Part shown: positions 18,938-28,600 of the stretch, in pieces
Position numbering within the stretch: the first letter of the stretch is position 1
Layout of the letters: every line of letters begins with the position of its first letter
From: a bacterium
Lineage (GTDB): Bacteria > Patescibacteriota > Minisyncoccia > Phycocordibacterales > Phycocordibacteraceae
Assembly (NCBI GenBank): GCA_021836725.1
Contig: JAKBHL010000011.1
Coordinates: 18,210 to 82,209 of the forward strand
Reading direction: 5' to 3'
Length of the DNA stretch: 64,000 nucleotides
Program-made: the position numbers and the translations under genes
The notes under the pieces: model-generated
Database searches by the model: none
Told to the model about the DNA's origin: nothing
The model's input: the letters and a program-made list of their open reading frames with translations, nothing else

Positions 18938-19075
18938 ATGGCCAAACAAACCTATCAACCGAAGAAACGCAAGCGTGCCCGAACCCACGGGTTTCGTGCG
19001 CGTATGAAAACGAGCGCCGGCCGTAAAATAGTGCAGAGCCGCCGCCGCACCGGCCGTACGCGCCTCACGGCCTGA
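18938..19075 (+). CDS. rpmH: 50S ribosomal protein L34
   Basis: Manual translation [45 protein letters not shown]. Confidence 0.96.
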   Translation: MAKQTYQPKKRKRARTHGFRARMKTSAGRKIVQSRRRTGRTRLTA

Positions 19076-19082
19076 TTTTTCC

Positions 19083-19394
19083 GTGTTTCCGCGCAAAGAA
19101 CGGCTTGCGCGCGACGCGTTTCCCGCGCTGCTTTCAGGCGGAAAAAGGTTCTCGTCGGCGAACTTCACCGCGCTCGCTTCAAGCGAAGGAAAGGGATACG
19201 CAGTCGTCGTATCGAAAAAGGTTGCGCGGCTCTCGGTCACGCGACACCGCATAAAACGCCGCGTTCTTGAAGCGCTGCGCACCCTCCCCCTCCCCCGATC
19301 CCTGGTCCTTTTCCCAAAATCCGCAACAAATTCTATGAGTTTTCAAGATATCCAAAAAGAGCTGTCCGGTCTCCTTTCAAAAATCCGCCACTAA
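19083..19394 (+). CDS. rnpA: RNase P protein component
   Basis: AVVVSKKVARLSVTRHRIKRR; rpmH-rnpA-yidC synteny. Confidence 0.92.
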   Translation: MFPRKERLARDAFPALLSGGKRFSSANFTALASSEGKGYAVVVSKKVARLSVTRHRIKRRVLEALRTLPLPRSLVLFPKSATNSMSFQDIQKELSGLLSKIRH

Positions 19395-19408
19395 CGTAGA
19401 ATGAACTT

Positions 19409-20173
19409 GTGATATCGACTTTCTTCCACGCGGTTTTCTACAATCCGATTTACAACGCGCTCGTCGCGCTCGTCGCGCTCGTTCCCGGGTCGAATGTGGG
19501 TGTCGCGGTCATTCTCATCACGATCGTTATCCGGCTCGTGCTCCTTCCCTTCTCGCTTTCGGCAGCCCGCACTCAGCGGGCAATGAAGTTTTTGGAGCCG
19601 AAAATAAAAGATCTGAAAGAGAAGCATAAGGGCGACAAAGAAAAAGAAGCGCTCGAAACCCTCGCGCTCTATCGCGAAGCGCGCGTGAATCCTTTCGCAA
19701 GCATCCTGACGGTCTTTATACAGATCCCCGTTCTCCTCGCGCTCTACTGGGTGTTCCTTTACGAACCGTTTTCAACGATCGATACCGCACGGCTCTACGC
19801 ATTCACCCCCATTCCGCACGCCGTTTCGCTCGAGTTCCTCGGACTCGCTTCGATCGCCGGCAAAAGCATAGTTCTCGCGGCGCTCGCGGGCTTCACCCAG
19901 TTTCTTCAGGCGCATATGGCTCTCTCGGGCACGATGAAACCCTCAGCAACCGGCGGCATGCAGGGGGATTTCCAAAAGGTAATGGGCATGCAGCTCAAGT
20001 ACGTCTTCCCGTTCCTTATCGCAACTATTTCCTACACCACCTCCGCCGCCATCGCCCTTTACTTCATCACGACGAACCTCGCCGGATCATTGCAGGAATG
20101 GCATGTCCGCCGAAAAATCCACGCGGAGTTCGGGCCGCAAAATCCGATTCCCGAAACAGTCTCCGCGGCGTAA
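19409..20173 (+). CDS. yidC: Membrane protein insertase YidC/Oxa1
   Basis: TIVIRLVLLP, EPKIKDLKEK, VNPFAS..QIPVLLALY. Confidence 0.95.
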   Translation: MISTFFHAVFYNPIYNALVALVALVPGSNVGVAVILITIVIRLVLLPFSLSAARTQRAMKFLEPKIKDLKEKHKGDKEKEALETLALYREARVNPFASILTVFIQIPVLLALYWVFLYEPFSTIDTARLYAFTPIPHAVSLEFLGLASIAGKSIVLAALAGFTQFLQAHMALSGTMKPSATGGMQGDFQKVMGMQLKYVFPFLIATISYTTSAAIALYFITTNLAGSLQEWHVRRKIHAEFGPQNPIPETVSAA

Positions 20174-21388
20174 TCAGAGCTTATACGACCACAACGACCC
20201 GTCGTTTTTGTTTATAAAAGCGAGAACGGTGCCGGAAGGATCGATCGCGAGCGCTTCAGCGTCAAGCGGGCTACTCGTCTCTTTCGAGAAATCGAGCACA
20301 AGCTGCGCAAAGCGGCCCGCAACATCTATCTTCCAGATGCGATCGGAGAAGTGCACCGCGCCCTGGTACCAGTCGTCGGGGTATGCGTAATTTTTAGGCG
20401 GGTTCATGGGGATACCGCAATACACTGCGGAATTGTCAGCCGCCCACACGCACTTGTCCGCGATGGTCGCTACGGGGAGCGGCACCACTGCGCCCGTTGC
20501 CACGTTCACAAGCTCCATCTGCATGCCTTGCGGGAGCGTATAGCTTACCAACACCCACTTCCCGGACGGGCTTGCGAGGGCGACAAGGCCGTTCAAGGGC
20601 CCCGCGATGCGCGAAAAGCGTCCGGCGCTATCAACGATGAACGCATCGCCCGGAAGCGTTGCCGAAGGTTTTGTGAACGCAAGATACTGATTCTTCCCCG
20701 CAAAGGAGACGCGGAGCGAGGAGAGCGGCGTGGTGAATATCTCCGAGGAGTGCGTGCCGTCCGTGCGCATGAGCGAGGCGGATGAACCGTTCACTCCGGA
20801 GGCGAGTGCGAGCACGCTTGTCGAGGAAACGGCCAGGTCGGAAAGGTTTTGCGGCAGGAAGAAGCCGTTTCCGTCGTTTGCCGAGAGCGCGTAGGTATTG
20901 ATGGTAGAAAAGTCAGCGCCCGAAAGATAACGCACGAAAGCTAAAGAAGCATTCGGAAGCCACGAGGCCTCCTCGATGCCCGGGAGAGTTTTGTTTGAGG
21001 TGCGGGTGAGCACGCCCGTGCCGATTTGATATGAAAATACATTGCCGCTTTGCCGCTCGATATACGTAACTACGGTATCCGGAGAAGAACTCGCGTTTTT
21101 CGCAGAAATATCCACGACGGCCTCTCCTGGTACGACCGGGCCGGCGCTTATCTTCACTAGCCGCGCAGAAACCACGGTAGGCACGGGCGCACTGGAGGCT
21201 GAGGAAGTCGGTGTTTGACTGGTAGATGTCGGCACCGCTCCCTGCCCTGCCGTGGGCAGATTCGCACTTCCGCTCGGCGCCACTGTCACGCCCGGGGCGT
21301 TTGCGAAGAAATAAAAATACGCGACCACCCCCGCCCCGAGGGCGACTATCACAAGCGCGGCGATGATGAGGTAGCGGCGCATACTCAT
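20174..21388 (-). CDS. Membrane-anchored, probable beta-propeller surface protein (distal gene of the VirB4 locus)
   Basis: N-terminal TM, S/T/P linker, beta-rich repeats, PDDWYQGAVHFSDRIW motif. Confidence 0.7.
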   Translation of the reverse strand: MSMRRYLIIAALVIVALGAGVVAYFYFFANAPGVTVAPSGSANLPTAGQGAVPTSTSQTPTSSASSAPVPTVVSARLVKISAGPVVPGEAVVDISAKNASSSPDTVVTYIERQSGNVFSYQIGTGVLTRTSNKTLPGIEEASWLPNASLAFVRYLSGADFSTINTYALSANDGNGFFLPQNLSDLAVSSTSVLALASGVNGSSASLMRTDGTHSSEIFTTPLSSLRVSFAGKNQYLAFTKPSATLPGDAFIVDSAGRFSRIAGPLNGLVALASPSGKWVLVSYTLPQGMQMELVNVATGAVVPLPVATIADKCVWAADNSAVYCGIPMNPPKNYAYPDDWYQGAVHFSDRIWKIDVAGRFAQLVLDFSKETSSPLDAEALAIDPSGTVLAFINKNDGSLWSYKL

Positions 21389-22353
21389 TGGAATGGCGTC
21401 CAACTTGGATTGTCGGCACATTTAGTATCCAAATTACCGTACCAAGAGACGTCTTCGCACGTTAATTTTTCAGGATAACATTTCCAAGATGTTCCATACG
21501 AGGGATCATTTTTTGTCAACTGACAAGGAACTGAAGAATAGGTTATGTGTAGACCAGAAGTCGGGTCATCACTCACGCAAGTTTTGAATCCAACATTTGC
21601 AGCATGGCATATGTTTGCGAAAGCCATAGCGTCAGCTCCATTGTTCGGTCTTGAAGGATAGTGAACCAAGGGCTGTAATATGTTGATTGTGAGTGAAAAG
21701 AAGCTCTGGTCGTATATGAATACATACCCTTGTTTCCCGGTACAAGTTGCCACATATGTCGGTACTCCGTTCGAAGAATTAGTTATGGAAGTGACAGACA
21801 GGTTTCCATCGGTACAATTCTGCTGACCCCATGTTGTGGCCTGATTATTGGTAAAACACTTTGCTATTTGGAGAATGCCGGGCGTACCGTTCACTGAACA
21901 TTGAGACGGTGTTGGACTGGTAGGTCCCGACCCGCTCCCGCCTCCTGCCGGAGCTGTCAGGTTGACCGGCGACATGCCGATGGAGAGGTTCAGGATGCTC
22001 GGATTGATGATGGAGAAAACGAGCACGGGCAACAAGACAAGAACAAGACCGAAAATAGCGTTATATATCCTCCCTTTGCTGTCCAAAATCTTGCTGACAT
22101 TGTCTTTATTCGTCGCTATCTCAAGACCGCCCCAAATGATCATGATGACCGCGAGAACCGCGGCGGCTCCGATGAGGAACTTGTAGAGATTGTTGAGAAA
22201 AGAGGCAATGCCGCCCGAGGTCGCTTGAACGCCCTGAGTGAGGCCGGGGATGCCCGCGAGCGGAACAAATCCCTGATTATTAGTCTGGGCTAGGGCATGA
22301 GGCACAAATGCGAGAAACGCAAAGAAAATCGACATGATCAGTATTTTTTTCAT
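21385..22353 (-). CDS. CPR pilin (TrbC/VirB2-like) with a Cys-rich C-terminal domain
   Basis: Signal peptide; LAVIMIIWGG...IYNAIFGLVLVL...IINPSIL pilin core; many Cys in the C-terminal half. Confidence 0.75.
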   Translation of the reverse strand: MKKILIMSIFFAFLAFVPHALAQTNNQGFVPLAGIPGLTQGVQATSGGIASFLNNLYKFLIGAAAVLAVIMIIWGGLEIATNKDNVSKILDSKGRIYNAIFGLVLVLLPVLVFSIINPSILNLSIGMSPVNLTAPAGGGSGSGPTSPTPSQCSVNGTPGILQIAKCFTNNQATTWGQQNCTDGNLSVTSITNSSNGVPTYVATCTGKQGYVFIYDQSFFSLTINILQPLVHYPSRPNNGADAMAFANICHAANVGFKTCVSDDPTSGLHITYSSVPCQLTKNDPSYGTSWKCYPEKLTCEDVSWYGNLDTKCADNPSWTPFQ

Positions 22354-23354
22354 AGGCCGAAGAGATTACCGCCCGTCTGCGCTCCGAAAGAGAGCGAAAG
22401 ATTCGCCGTCGCCTTGATGAAGTCGCCGGAAGAGGCGACGAGCGAGAGCGACGCGCTCCCTCCCCCGCTTCCGGTCGGACGCAGTGTGATGGAGTTCCCC
22501 GTCTGCGCCGCGGCGCCGTTCAAGAACCACTCCAGGGCAGGCGCCGCGGCGCTGGTCGGGAAAGAAAACGGCGCCGCGTAGAGCGAAGCTTCCGTTCCCG
22601 TGATCGCATAACTGTCGGCAAGAGCGTGATCATACAGGATGCCGAGCAAGGGATCATTTTTATAGATGCGCACCACCGGCTCTTCGGCGGTGAGTGAGGA
22701 CGATGCGCCGCCCGTGATGCTACCGCTTGGGTTTTCGACCGCTACCGAGACCGTACTTTCACGGTACTGTAGCGGCGAGGCGACGATGATCGCGTCCTTG
22801 CCGATGCCCGAAGCGCTTGCGATTTGCGTGCCATTGACCGTCCAGGTGTATGAAAGCGTTCCGGGATCGAGCGTTCGTCCGTTTCCGTCCCGCAGATTCG
22901 CTACAGCGACCATTCGCGTACTCCCTTCGAGCGGTACAAGCGGTTTACCGGCGTAAAGCGGCGGGGCCGAGGAGACCGGTTCAGCGATGAGGCTGACATC
23001 CTGGGGACGGATCGAAAGCGTCTGGCTGTATTGTGTTCCGTTTATGGAAATAACCACTTTTACGTTCATGAGAACTCCCGCTCCGCCGAGCGTCACGGCG
23101 ACCGGCTGCACGTTGCCGCGGTACACCTGTGTGCCGCCGGCAAAGACGGCCATCGTCGCGCCGGAAAGATCGAGCGACGAGGAAAGCTCGGACACCGTAA
23201 CTTGGCTATAGGGCGCCGGATACTGCGGACTCACCGATAGCGTAAAGGATTGAGAGGTATTGATATTGAAGGATTGTGCGCTTGCCGCAAAAGGCGCGGA
23301 AAAAGCCAGTATGACAAGAGCACCGAGAAGCGGTCGCAAAGAGTGCGCGGGCAT
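22350..23354 (-). CDS. Secreted Ig/PKD-like beta-sandwich protein
   Basis: Signal peptide ASA, LSYTWTVNG, LEWFLNG. Confidence 0.7.
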   Translation of the reverse strand: MPAHSLRPLLGALVILAFSAPFAASAQSFNINTSQSFTLSVSPQYPAPYSQVTVSELSSSLDLSGATMAVFAGGTQVYRGNVQPVAVTLGGAGVLMNVKVVISINGTQYSQTLSIRPQDVSLIAEPVSSAPPLYAGKPLVPLEGSTRMVAVANLRDGNGRTLDPGTLSYTWTVNGTQIASASGIGKDAIIVASPLQYRESTVSVAVENPSGSITGGASSSLTAEEPVVRIYKNDPLLGILYDHALADSYAITGTEASLYAAPFSFPTSAAAPALEWFLNGAAAQTGNSITLRPTGSGGGSASLSLVASSGDFIKATANLSLSFGAQTGGNLFGL

Positions 23355-23383
23355 GCCTCCAGTATATCGCGTGTGCGGGGTCG

Positions 23384-24025
23384 TTATGCCGCTTCGCGAG
23401 TGTCGGCGGGGATTTCCTCGCCGCCATAATCCTCGTCATTTGCGGCCTGCTCTTCCTCCGCCGCGCGCATTTGCATGACTTGCATGACCTGCCGCGCCTG
23501 TATTTCCCGTTCTTGCTCTCGCACGGCAGCCTGTTCTTTTTCATACTGTTTCAGAGCCTTCCTTTCTTTCTTTATCTGAGCGTGATACATCTTCCAGGTT
23601 GTAGCGGTCAATACTGGCACCGTACCCACAAGCGGCACCTCGCTTACGCCGAGACTGAACAGCATCCACAGCGCGTTACCCGCATTCTCCTTGAATATGC
23701 GCGCATCGGTGATCACCAGCATGAGTCCGACCGTCATCCATCCGAGGAATCCGACCGCCATGGCCATGACGATCCCGAGCACTTCAATCGCACCGGCGCC
23801 GAAAATACCCGCCGCGCCGCCCACGACCGTCCCCGCGACATGCCCAGCAGTCCCGCCGCCCACAAGCGCGCTTGTCCCGACGCCGATAAAAAGCGGCGCG
23901 AAAAGCCAGAATTGTTCGAACATGAAACGCAGCGCGTCGAAGATGAGACAGACGACGAGGACCGGCACCGCTTTCGCCCAGGTCATCGTCTTGGGCGGCT
24001 GATTACTGTTTCTGCGCGAGGGCAT
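23384..24025 (-). CDS. Membrane protein with C-terminal coiled coil
   Basis: Gly-rich TM segments and E/Q-rich tail; overlaps the virB4 stop. Confidence 0.65.
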   Translation of the reverse strand: MPSRRNSNQPPKTMTWAKAVPVLVVCLIFDALRFMFEQFWLFAPLFIGVGTSALVGGGTAGHVAGTVVGGAAGIFGAGAIEVLGIVMAMAVGFLGWMTVGLMLVITDARIFKENAGNALWMLFSLGVSEVPLVGTVPVLTATTWKMYHAQIKKERKALKQYEKEQAAVREQEREIQARQVMQVMQMRAAEEEQAANDEDYGGEEIPADTREAA

Positions 24026-25823
24026 GGCGTTCCTTCTCCTCTTTCATCGCAAGAAGCTGCGAAGGATCGGACGTGATGATCTGGTCTTCGGTGTAGCTTG
24101 CGACGACTTTTATGGCAACATGCTTCAATCCCGCGAAAAAGAGGCCCTCGCCCACCCCGGCCTCGAGAAGAAGATATTTTTCCTCATCGGTCAGATTGAA
24201 CGTCTCCTGGAGCACCCCGATCGTCGTTGGCGATTGTTTCAACAGCAATTGCAGGGAAGAGTTGGTGAGAATCGGCCTGCCGTACGGGCTCTTGAGGAAG
24301 TCCTCCACATCCTGCGTTATGGTGCAGACGCCAAGGTAATACTTGCGTCCGCGTTTGGCGACGGAATATAGGAAGGAGGCGGTATCTTCGCTCTTCATCA
24401 TCCACCATGCCTCATCAATTACCAGGAGGCGTTTCTTGAGTTCGTGACGCACCGCGTTCCAGATGTAGTGCGTGATGATATACATAGCCGCAGGCTTGAG
24501 CTCGTCCTCCATATCGCGCACCGAAAAGACCGCGAACTGCTGGTTGATATCGATATTGGTCGGCTGGTTGAGGAATCCGGACCACGTGCCACGCGTGTAT
24601 TTTGAAAGCCGCTCCACCAAGGATTCGCTTCCCTCCATGCCGGAGAGCACTTGTTCGAAATCGGACAGAAGCGGCGGCTCGGCGCCGGTGAAATCCGCAT
24701 CGCCTGTGATGTCTTTGAGCGCATACGTCTCGCTGATGGCACGGTCGACGATAGCATCTTCCTCCGGCGACAATCCCGAGAGCATGATGCGGAAAAGTCC
24801 GACGAGCGCGATGATGTTGGAGCGCAGGATGTCTTTTGGGTCCTCGTCTTCTTTGACGGGCGGGAGGTCGAAAGGATTGATATGGTGTTCCGAAGAAAGC
24901 GAGATGTGGAAGGAGCGGCCGCCGGTCGCCTCGGCAAGCTGCTCGTACTCGTGCTCGGGGTCGATGACGATGACGTCGGTGCCGAACATGAGGGAACGGA
25001 GTATCTCGAGCTTCGTCGCGTAGCTCTTCCCGCTTCCGGACTTCGCGAAGATGACCGAATTGTAGTTCTCAAGCGAGAAGCGATCGAAGAGGATGAGCGA
25101 AGAATTGTGCCGGTTGATGCCGTAGAGGATGCCGCGGTCGCTCGTGAGGTCGAAGGAGATGAATGGGAAGATCGAGGAAAGCGGCGAGGAGTTCAGCTTT
25201 GAATTGACGAGGAGCTCGTCGCTGCCGAGCGGCAGGCAGGAACGGAACCCTTGCTCCTGCTGGAAGAGCGCGGGTTTGGTGTAGACAAGCTTCGCATCAA
25301 GAATGCCGCGGATATCGCCCTCGGTCTTATTAATCTCTTCCTTGGAGTCACCATAGAGCGCAAGGTACAGGCCGACATCGAAAAGCTTTTCCTGCGCCTG
25401 CTGGAGGTTGTCGCGCAGATTTTCAAGATCCTGGTATGCGGTATCGAGCAAGGGGTCGCGCACAAGCCCCCTCGCTTCGCGCTCGCTTATCTGGCTTTGC
25501 ACCTCGGCGACTTTTTTCTGGAATCCGCGGAGCGCCTGCGCCGTCTCTATCGGGTGGATGAATATCGATACGTCAAGCACCTTGTCGAGATTGATGACCG
25601 GCGAGAACCAGCTGTCGGAAAGAAACCGCGGGTAGGAGACGGTATAAAAAGCGCGGACGAATTTTTCTCCGAGCTCAAGCTCGCGCGAACCGATCTTGAG
25701 CGCGGTCGGGGCGATGGTGTCGATGAGATTCAAAGAACCTTGCCGGTAAATGTCTCTCGGCAAGACCGGGACTATGGCCGGCGCCTCCTCTTTTTTACGG
25801 TTTAGGAAGTTGAGAAGTGACAT
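24003..25823 (-). CDS. virB4: VirB4-like T4SS ATPase
   Basis: AKSGSGKSY Walker A, VIDPEHEY, LVIDEAWW, KRGRKY. Confidence 0.92.
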   Translation of the reverse strand: MSLLNFLNRKKEEAPAIVPVLPRDIYRQGSLNLIDTIAPTALKIGSRELELGEKFVRAFYTVSYPRFLSDSWFSPVINLDKVLDVSIFIHPIETAQALRGFQKKVAEVQSQISEREARGLVRDPLLDTAYQDLENLRDNLQQAQEKLFDVGLYLALYGDSKEEINKTEGDIRGILDAKLVYTKPALFQQEQGFRSCLPLGSDELLVNSKLNSSPLSSIFPFISFDLTSDRGILYGINRHNSSLILFDRFSLENYNSVIFAKSGSGKSYATKLEILRSLMFGTDVIVIDPEHEYEQLAEATGGRSFHISLSSEHHINPFDLPPVKEDEDPKDILRSNIIALVGLFRIMLSGLSPEEDAIVDRAISETYALKDITGDADFTGAEPPLLSDFEQVLSGMEGSESLVERLSKYTRGTWSGFLNQPTNIDINQQFAVFSVRDMEDELKPAAMYIITHYIWNAVRHELKKRLLVIDEAWWMMKSEDTASFLYSVAKRGRKYYLGVCTITQDVEDFLKSPYGRPILTNSSLQLLLKQSPTTIGVLQETFNLTDEEKYLLLEAGVGEGLFFAGLKHVAIKVVASYTEDQIITSDPSQLLAMKEEKERHALAQKQ

Positions 25824-25825
25824 GG

Positions 25826-26461
25826 CTAATTGTCGAGACGGATAGGATTCTCGAGTTCTCCCGGATTGAACGAACGATACAAGAGCTCGATGATCTCTTC
25901 GGTACCAAGCGAAACCGCTCGCACACCCGTGCCGGAGAGCCCGCTCGCGACAAGCGCAAGCCGCTGCTCCAGTTGCGCGCGATCCTCTTCGAAAGAAGTT
26001 TCGGCAACGCCGTCTTTCGCGCCCGCGCCGCTGCGCCGCAAAAAACCGACGGCACCCGTCGTAGAAACGTGCGGCGCATACGACACGACGACATAGAACG
26101 ATTTCGTCATGATATTCGCCTGATCGGCGAACGAGCGGACAAACTCGATGTACTCATGCAGCTGAATGCGCAAAAGCTCGGTTTTCTGTTCCGGCATCTT
26201 ATCGGCGAGCAGTGCGAGGTAGGGCCGCAAGTCCATTTTGCGCGAATTCACTACGATTTGAATCGAGAAATCGAGCATGTTGAGGAAATTTTGGAAACCG
26301 AGAGTGATCGCGTGCTGTTCATCTGCTGACTTCAGTCCGAAATTTATCGACGAGCAGATGAGTATGCCGCGATAGCTGCCGTCCTTGAGGACAATGACGC
26401 CGTTCCGAATTTCTTTGATCGGGACGAATTGCTGTGTTGCACCCGGGGCGGAGGTTGCCAT
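25826..26461 (-). CDS. TraC/VirB4 N-terminal-like T4SS protein
   Basis: TQQFVPIKEIRNG, SINFGLKS..EQ, FQNFLNMLDF; lies between prgI and virB4. Confidence 0.8.
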   Translation of the reverse strand: MATSAPGATQQFVPIKEIRNGVIVLKDGSYRGILICSSINFGLKSADEQHAITLGFQNFLNMLDFSIQIVVNSRKMDLRPYLALLADKMPEQKTELLRIQLHEYIEFVRSFADQANIMTKSFYVVVSYAPHVSTTGAVGFLRRSGAGAKDGVAETSFEEDRAQLEQRLALVASGLSGTGVRAVSLGTEEIIELLYRSFNPGELENPIRLDN

Positions 26462-26463
26462 AG

Positions 26464-26910
26464 CTAGGATTCTACACTGCGACGGCTGCCGTCCATAGAT
26501 TTTACATCAAGCGACCATGCGAGCTCCGAGAGTTTCCCTCGCGTGAGTTTCGGCGTGCCGCGCGGCGTGCGCGCCTGCGCATCGGCCGCCGCGGCCGCCG
26601 CGGCCGCGGCGTTTTTCTCCGCCGCTTTCGGTTCGGCGTGTTTCCAGAGAAAGAGTTTGCCGCTTGTGTAGTAATTGAATCCGGCTTCAAGCACTTCAAT
26701 GAAGGGTTTCCCGTTCATTTTATAGAAAGAGAGCGCCACCGCGAGCGCCACCACCGGCGCCGAAAAGAGAAGCGCGAGCACTATCGGCAGATAAACGAAG
26801 AGGACAATGCATATGCCGCCCGCGCCGGCGACATATATGAACTGTTTCAGGGTCAAGGGCCCGATTATCTTGTCCTCGACATCGATAAATTGCGGCACTT
26901 GATATTCCAT
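26464..26910 (-). CDS. prgI: PrgI family (VirB3-like) membrane protein
   Basis: MEYQVPQFIDVEDKIIGPLTLKQF. Confidence 0.88.
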   Translation of the reverse strand: MEYQVPQFIDVEDKIIGPLTLKQFIYVAGAGGICIVLFVYLPIVLALLFSAPVVALAVALSFYKMNGKPFIEVLEAGFNYYTSGKLFLWKHAEPKAAEKNAAAAAAAAADAQARTPRGTPKLTRGKLSELAWSLDVKSMDGSRRSVES

Positions 26911-26999
26911 CCCGTACAGTATAGCAGTTGCCGCCGCGGCATACTGTCGAGTATAGCCGCCGCGGCATATCGCCGGGCGCACGTTCAATCCTCGCCGCG

Positions 27000-28328
27000 T
27001 CAATCCCGGGAATTCTTCCGGAGCACCTGTTCCGGCGACGCGCCCCGCGGATATTCTATGAGCGTATCGGCGCCCGACTCCCAGGATTTCCGAACCGCAT
27101 CAACGATGCGCCACGATTCGAGCACTTCCCCGCTTGAGGCGAAGAGCGTATGGTCGCCGCACAAAGCATCGAGAAGGACGCGCCCATACGCGTCCGGAAG
27201 CGCGTCGAAATGATCCGCGTAGGTAAATGCGAGCGGTACGCGCTCGATCGTGCGGTCATAGCCCGGACGTTTGGCAAAAAAACAAAGCTCGACGCCTTCG
27301 TTTGGCTGGAGCCTGAGCGTAAGCCGGTTTTGCTGCGGAGCGCCGTCGCGGCGATAGGTGACGACGATATCCGTTCTCTTTTCCGACAAGGCCTTGCCGG
27401 TGGTAAGGGTGATCGGCACGTCCTGCCAGCGCGGGTCCGAGGAAAAAAGAGTGAGCGAGACGAACGTCTCGACTAGGGAAGCCGGGTTGGCGACTTCGGT
27501 GCGGTAATCCTCATACTGTCCGCGCCCCACACTTCCGGGGTCTACCCTGAGCGTTTCGAGGAGCGCGCGGCGCGCTTCCGGGATGCGTCCGAGTTCCCTG
27601 TCCGGCGGCAGGGTCATAAGCGTAAGCGCCGCAAGCTGCAACAGATGGCTCTGCACCAGATCGCGCAGAGCGCCGGTTTGTTCGTAAAAAGCGGCGCGAC
27701 CCTCGATGCCGATCGTTTCGCTCGCGAGAATATCGATGCGTTCGATGGCATCCCGATTCCATGTCCGTTCAAAAAGCGGATTATCTTGGCGGAAGACGAC
27801 GATATTCTGAACCGTTTCCTTGGCGAGATAGTGATCAATGCGATACACCTGCTCTGCCGCAAACGAACGTTCGACATGCGCGACAAGCTCCTCGGCGCTT
27901 ACGCGGTCGATCCCGAATGGTTTTTCAAGGAGCAGCTTTGTGTTTGGCAGACGCGCGAGCCCCGAGTTTCCGAGTCGTTCGATGATAGGCCACGCGGTTG
28001 TCGGCGGGACCGCGAGATACCACAGGCATTGCGCGGCGTCATCCCACAGCTGAGCAATCGTGCGCAGATGCGCCCCCAAACGCTCATAGTCCGCGGCGTC
28101 TTCAAGCGACATCGGAAATACTTCAAGGTGCTCCCGTATATACCCGGCAGCGCGGACTCCCTCGAGAATGTTCGACGGAGTGACCGCGCGTTGCCGCGTG
28201 ATCCCAACGATGCGGAATCGTTTGGGTAAAACGCCGGCAGCGGCCATGTCGCCGATGGCAGGCAGTAATTTGCGTCTTGAAAGATCGCCCGTTACGCCGA
28301 TAATGATGAGGATAGTCGGCGTGTCCAC
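27000..28328 (-). CDS. zwf: Glucose-6-phosphate 1-dehydrogenase
   Basis: GVTGDLSRRKLLPA, EKPFG, RIDHYLAKE, RDLVQSHLLQ; probable GTG start at 28328. Confidence 0.94.
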   Translation of the reverse strand: MDTPTILIIIGVTGDLSRRKLLPAIGDMAAAGVLPKRFRIVGITRQRAVTPSNILEGVRAAGYIREHLEVFPMSLEDAADYERLGAHLRTIAQLWDDAAQCLWYLAVPPTTAWPIIERLGNSGLARLPNTKLLLEKPFGIDRVSAEELVAHVERSFAAEQVYRIDHYLAKETVQNIVVFRQDNPLFERTWNRDAIERIDILASETIGIEGRAAFYEQTGALRDLVQSHLLQLAALTLMTLPPDRELGRIPEARRALLETLRVDPGSVGRGQYEDYRTEVANPASLVETFVSLTLFSSDPRWQDVPITLTTGKALSEKRTDIVVTYRRDGAPQQNRLTLRLQPNEGVELCFFAKRPGYDRTIERVPLAFTYADHFDALPDAYGRVLLDALCGDHTLFASSGEVLESWRIVDAVRKSWESGADTLIEYPRGASPEQVLRKNSRD

Positions 28329-28332
28329 AGCG

Positions 28333-28593
28333 CTACTCGCCGCTCCCGATGATGTCTTTGGATTGGATGGGACTTTCGATGCCGGGCGACCATTTTGCGT
28401 CGATAGTGCCGAATTTTTGTTCATATTCCGCTACCTGATGCGAGAGACTCTGCACAAGCCGCTTCATATGGGGCGGTGTCAGCGCATAGGCATGCGCATT
28501 CTCGCCGACGCTCATGATTACGACAAAATTCTCCTGCGAGTGCCCCGCGACGACATTCTCGCAAAACTGTTTGGGGATTTTATTGAAGTCCAT
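28333..28593 (-). CDS. DUF3467-like small protein
   Basis: FCENVVAGHSQENF...LTPPHMKRL...YEQKFGTI. Confidence 0.8.
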   Translation of the reverse strand: MDFNKIPKQFCENVVAGHSQENFVVIMSVGENAHAYALTPPHMKRLVQSLSHQVAEYEQKFGTIDAKWSPGIESPIQSKDIIGSGE

Positions 28594-28600
28594 AGCGCCA

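Noticed and set aside
19458-19483. Short tandem repeats in yidC (GCGCTCGTC x3) and prgI (poly-Ala)
   Set aside because: In-frame low-complexity coding sequence with no sign of phase variation.
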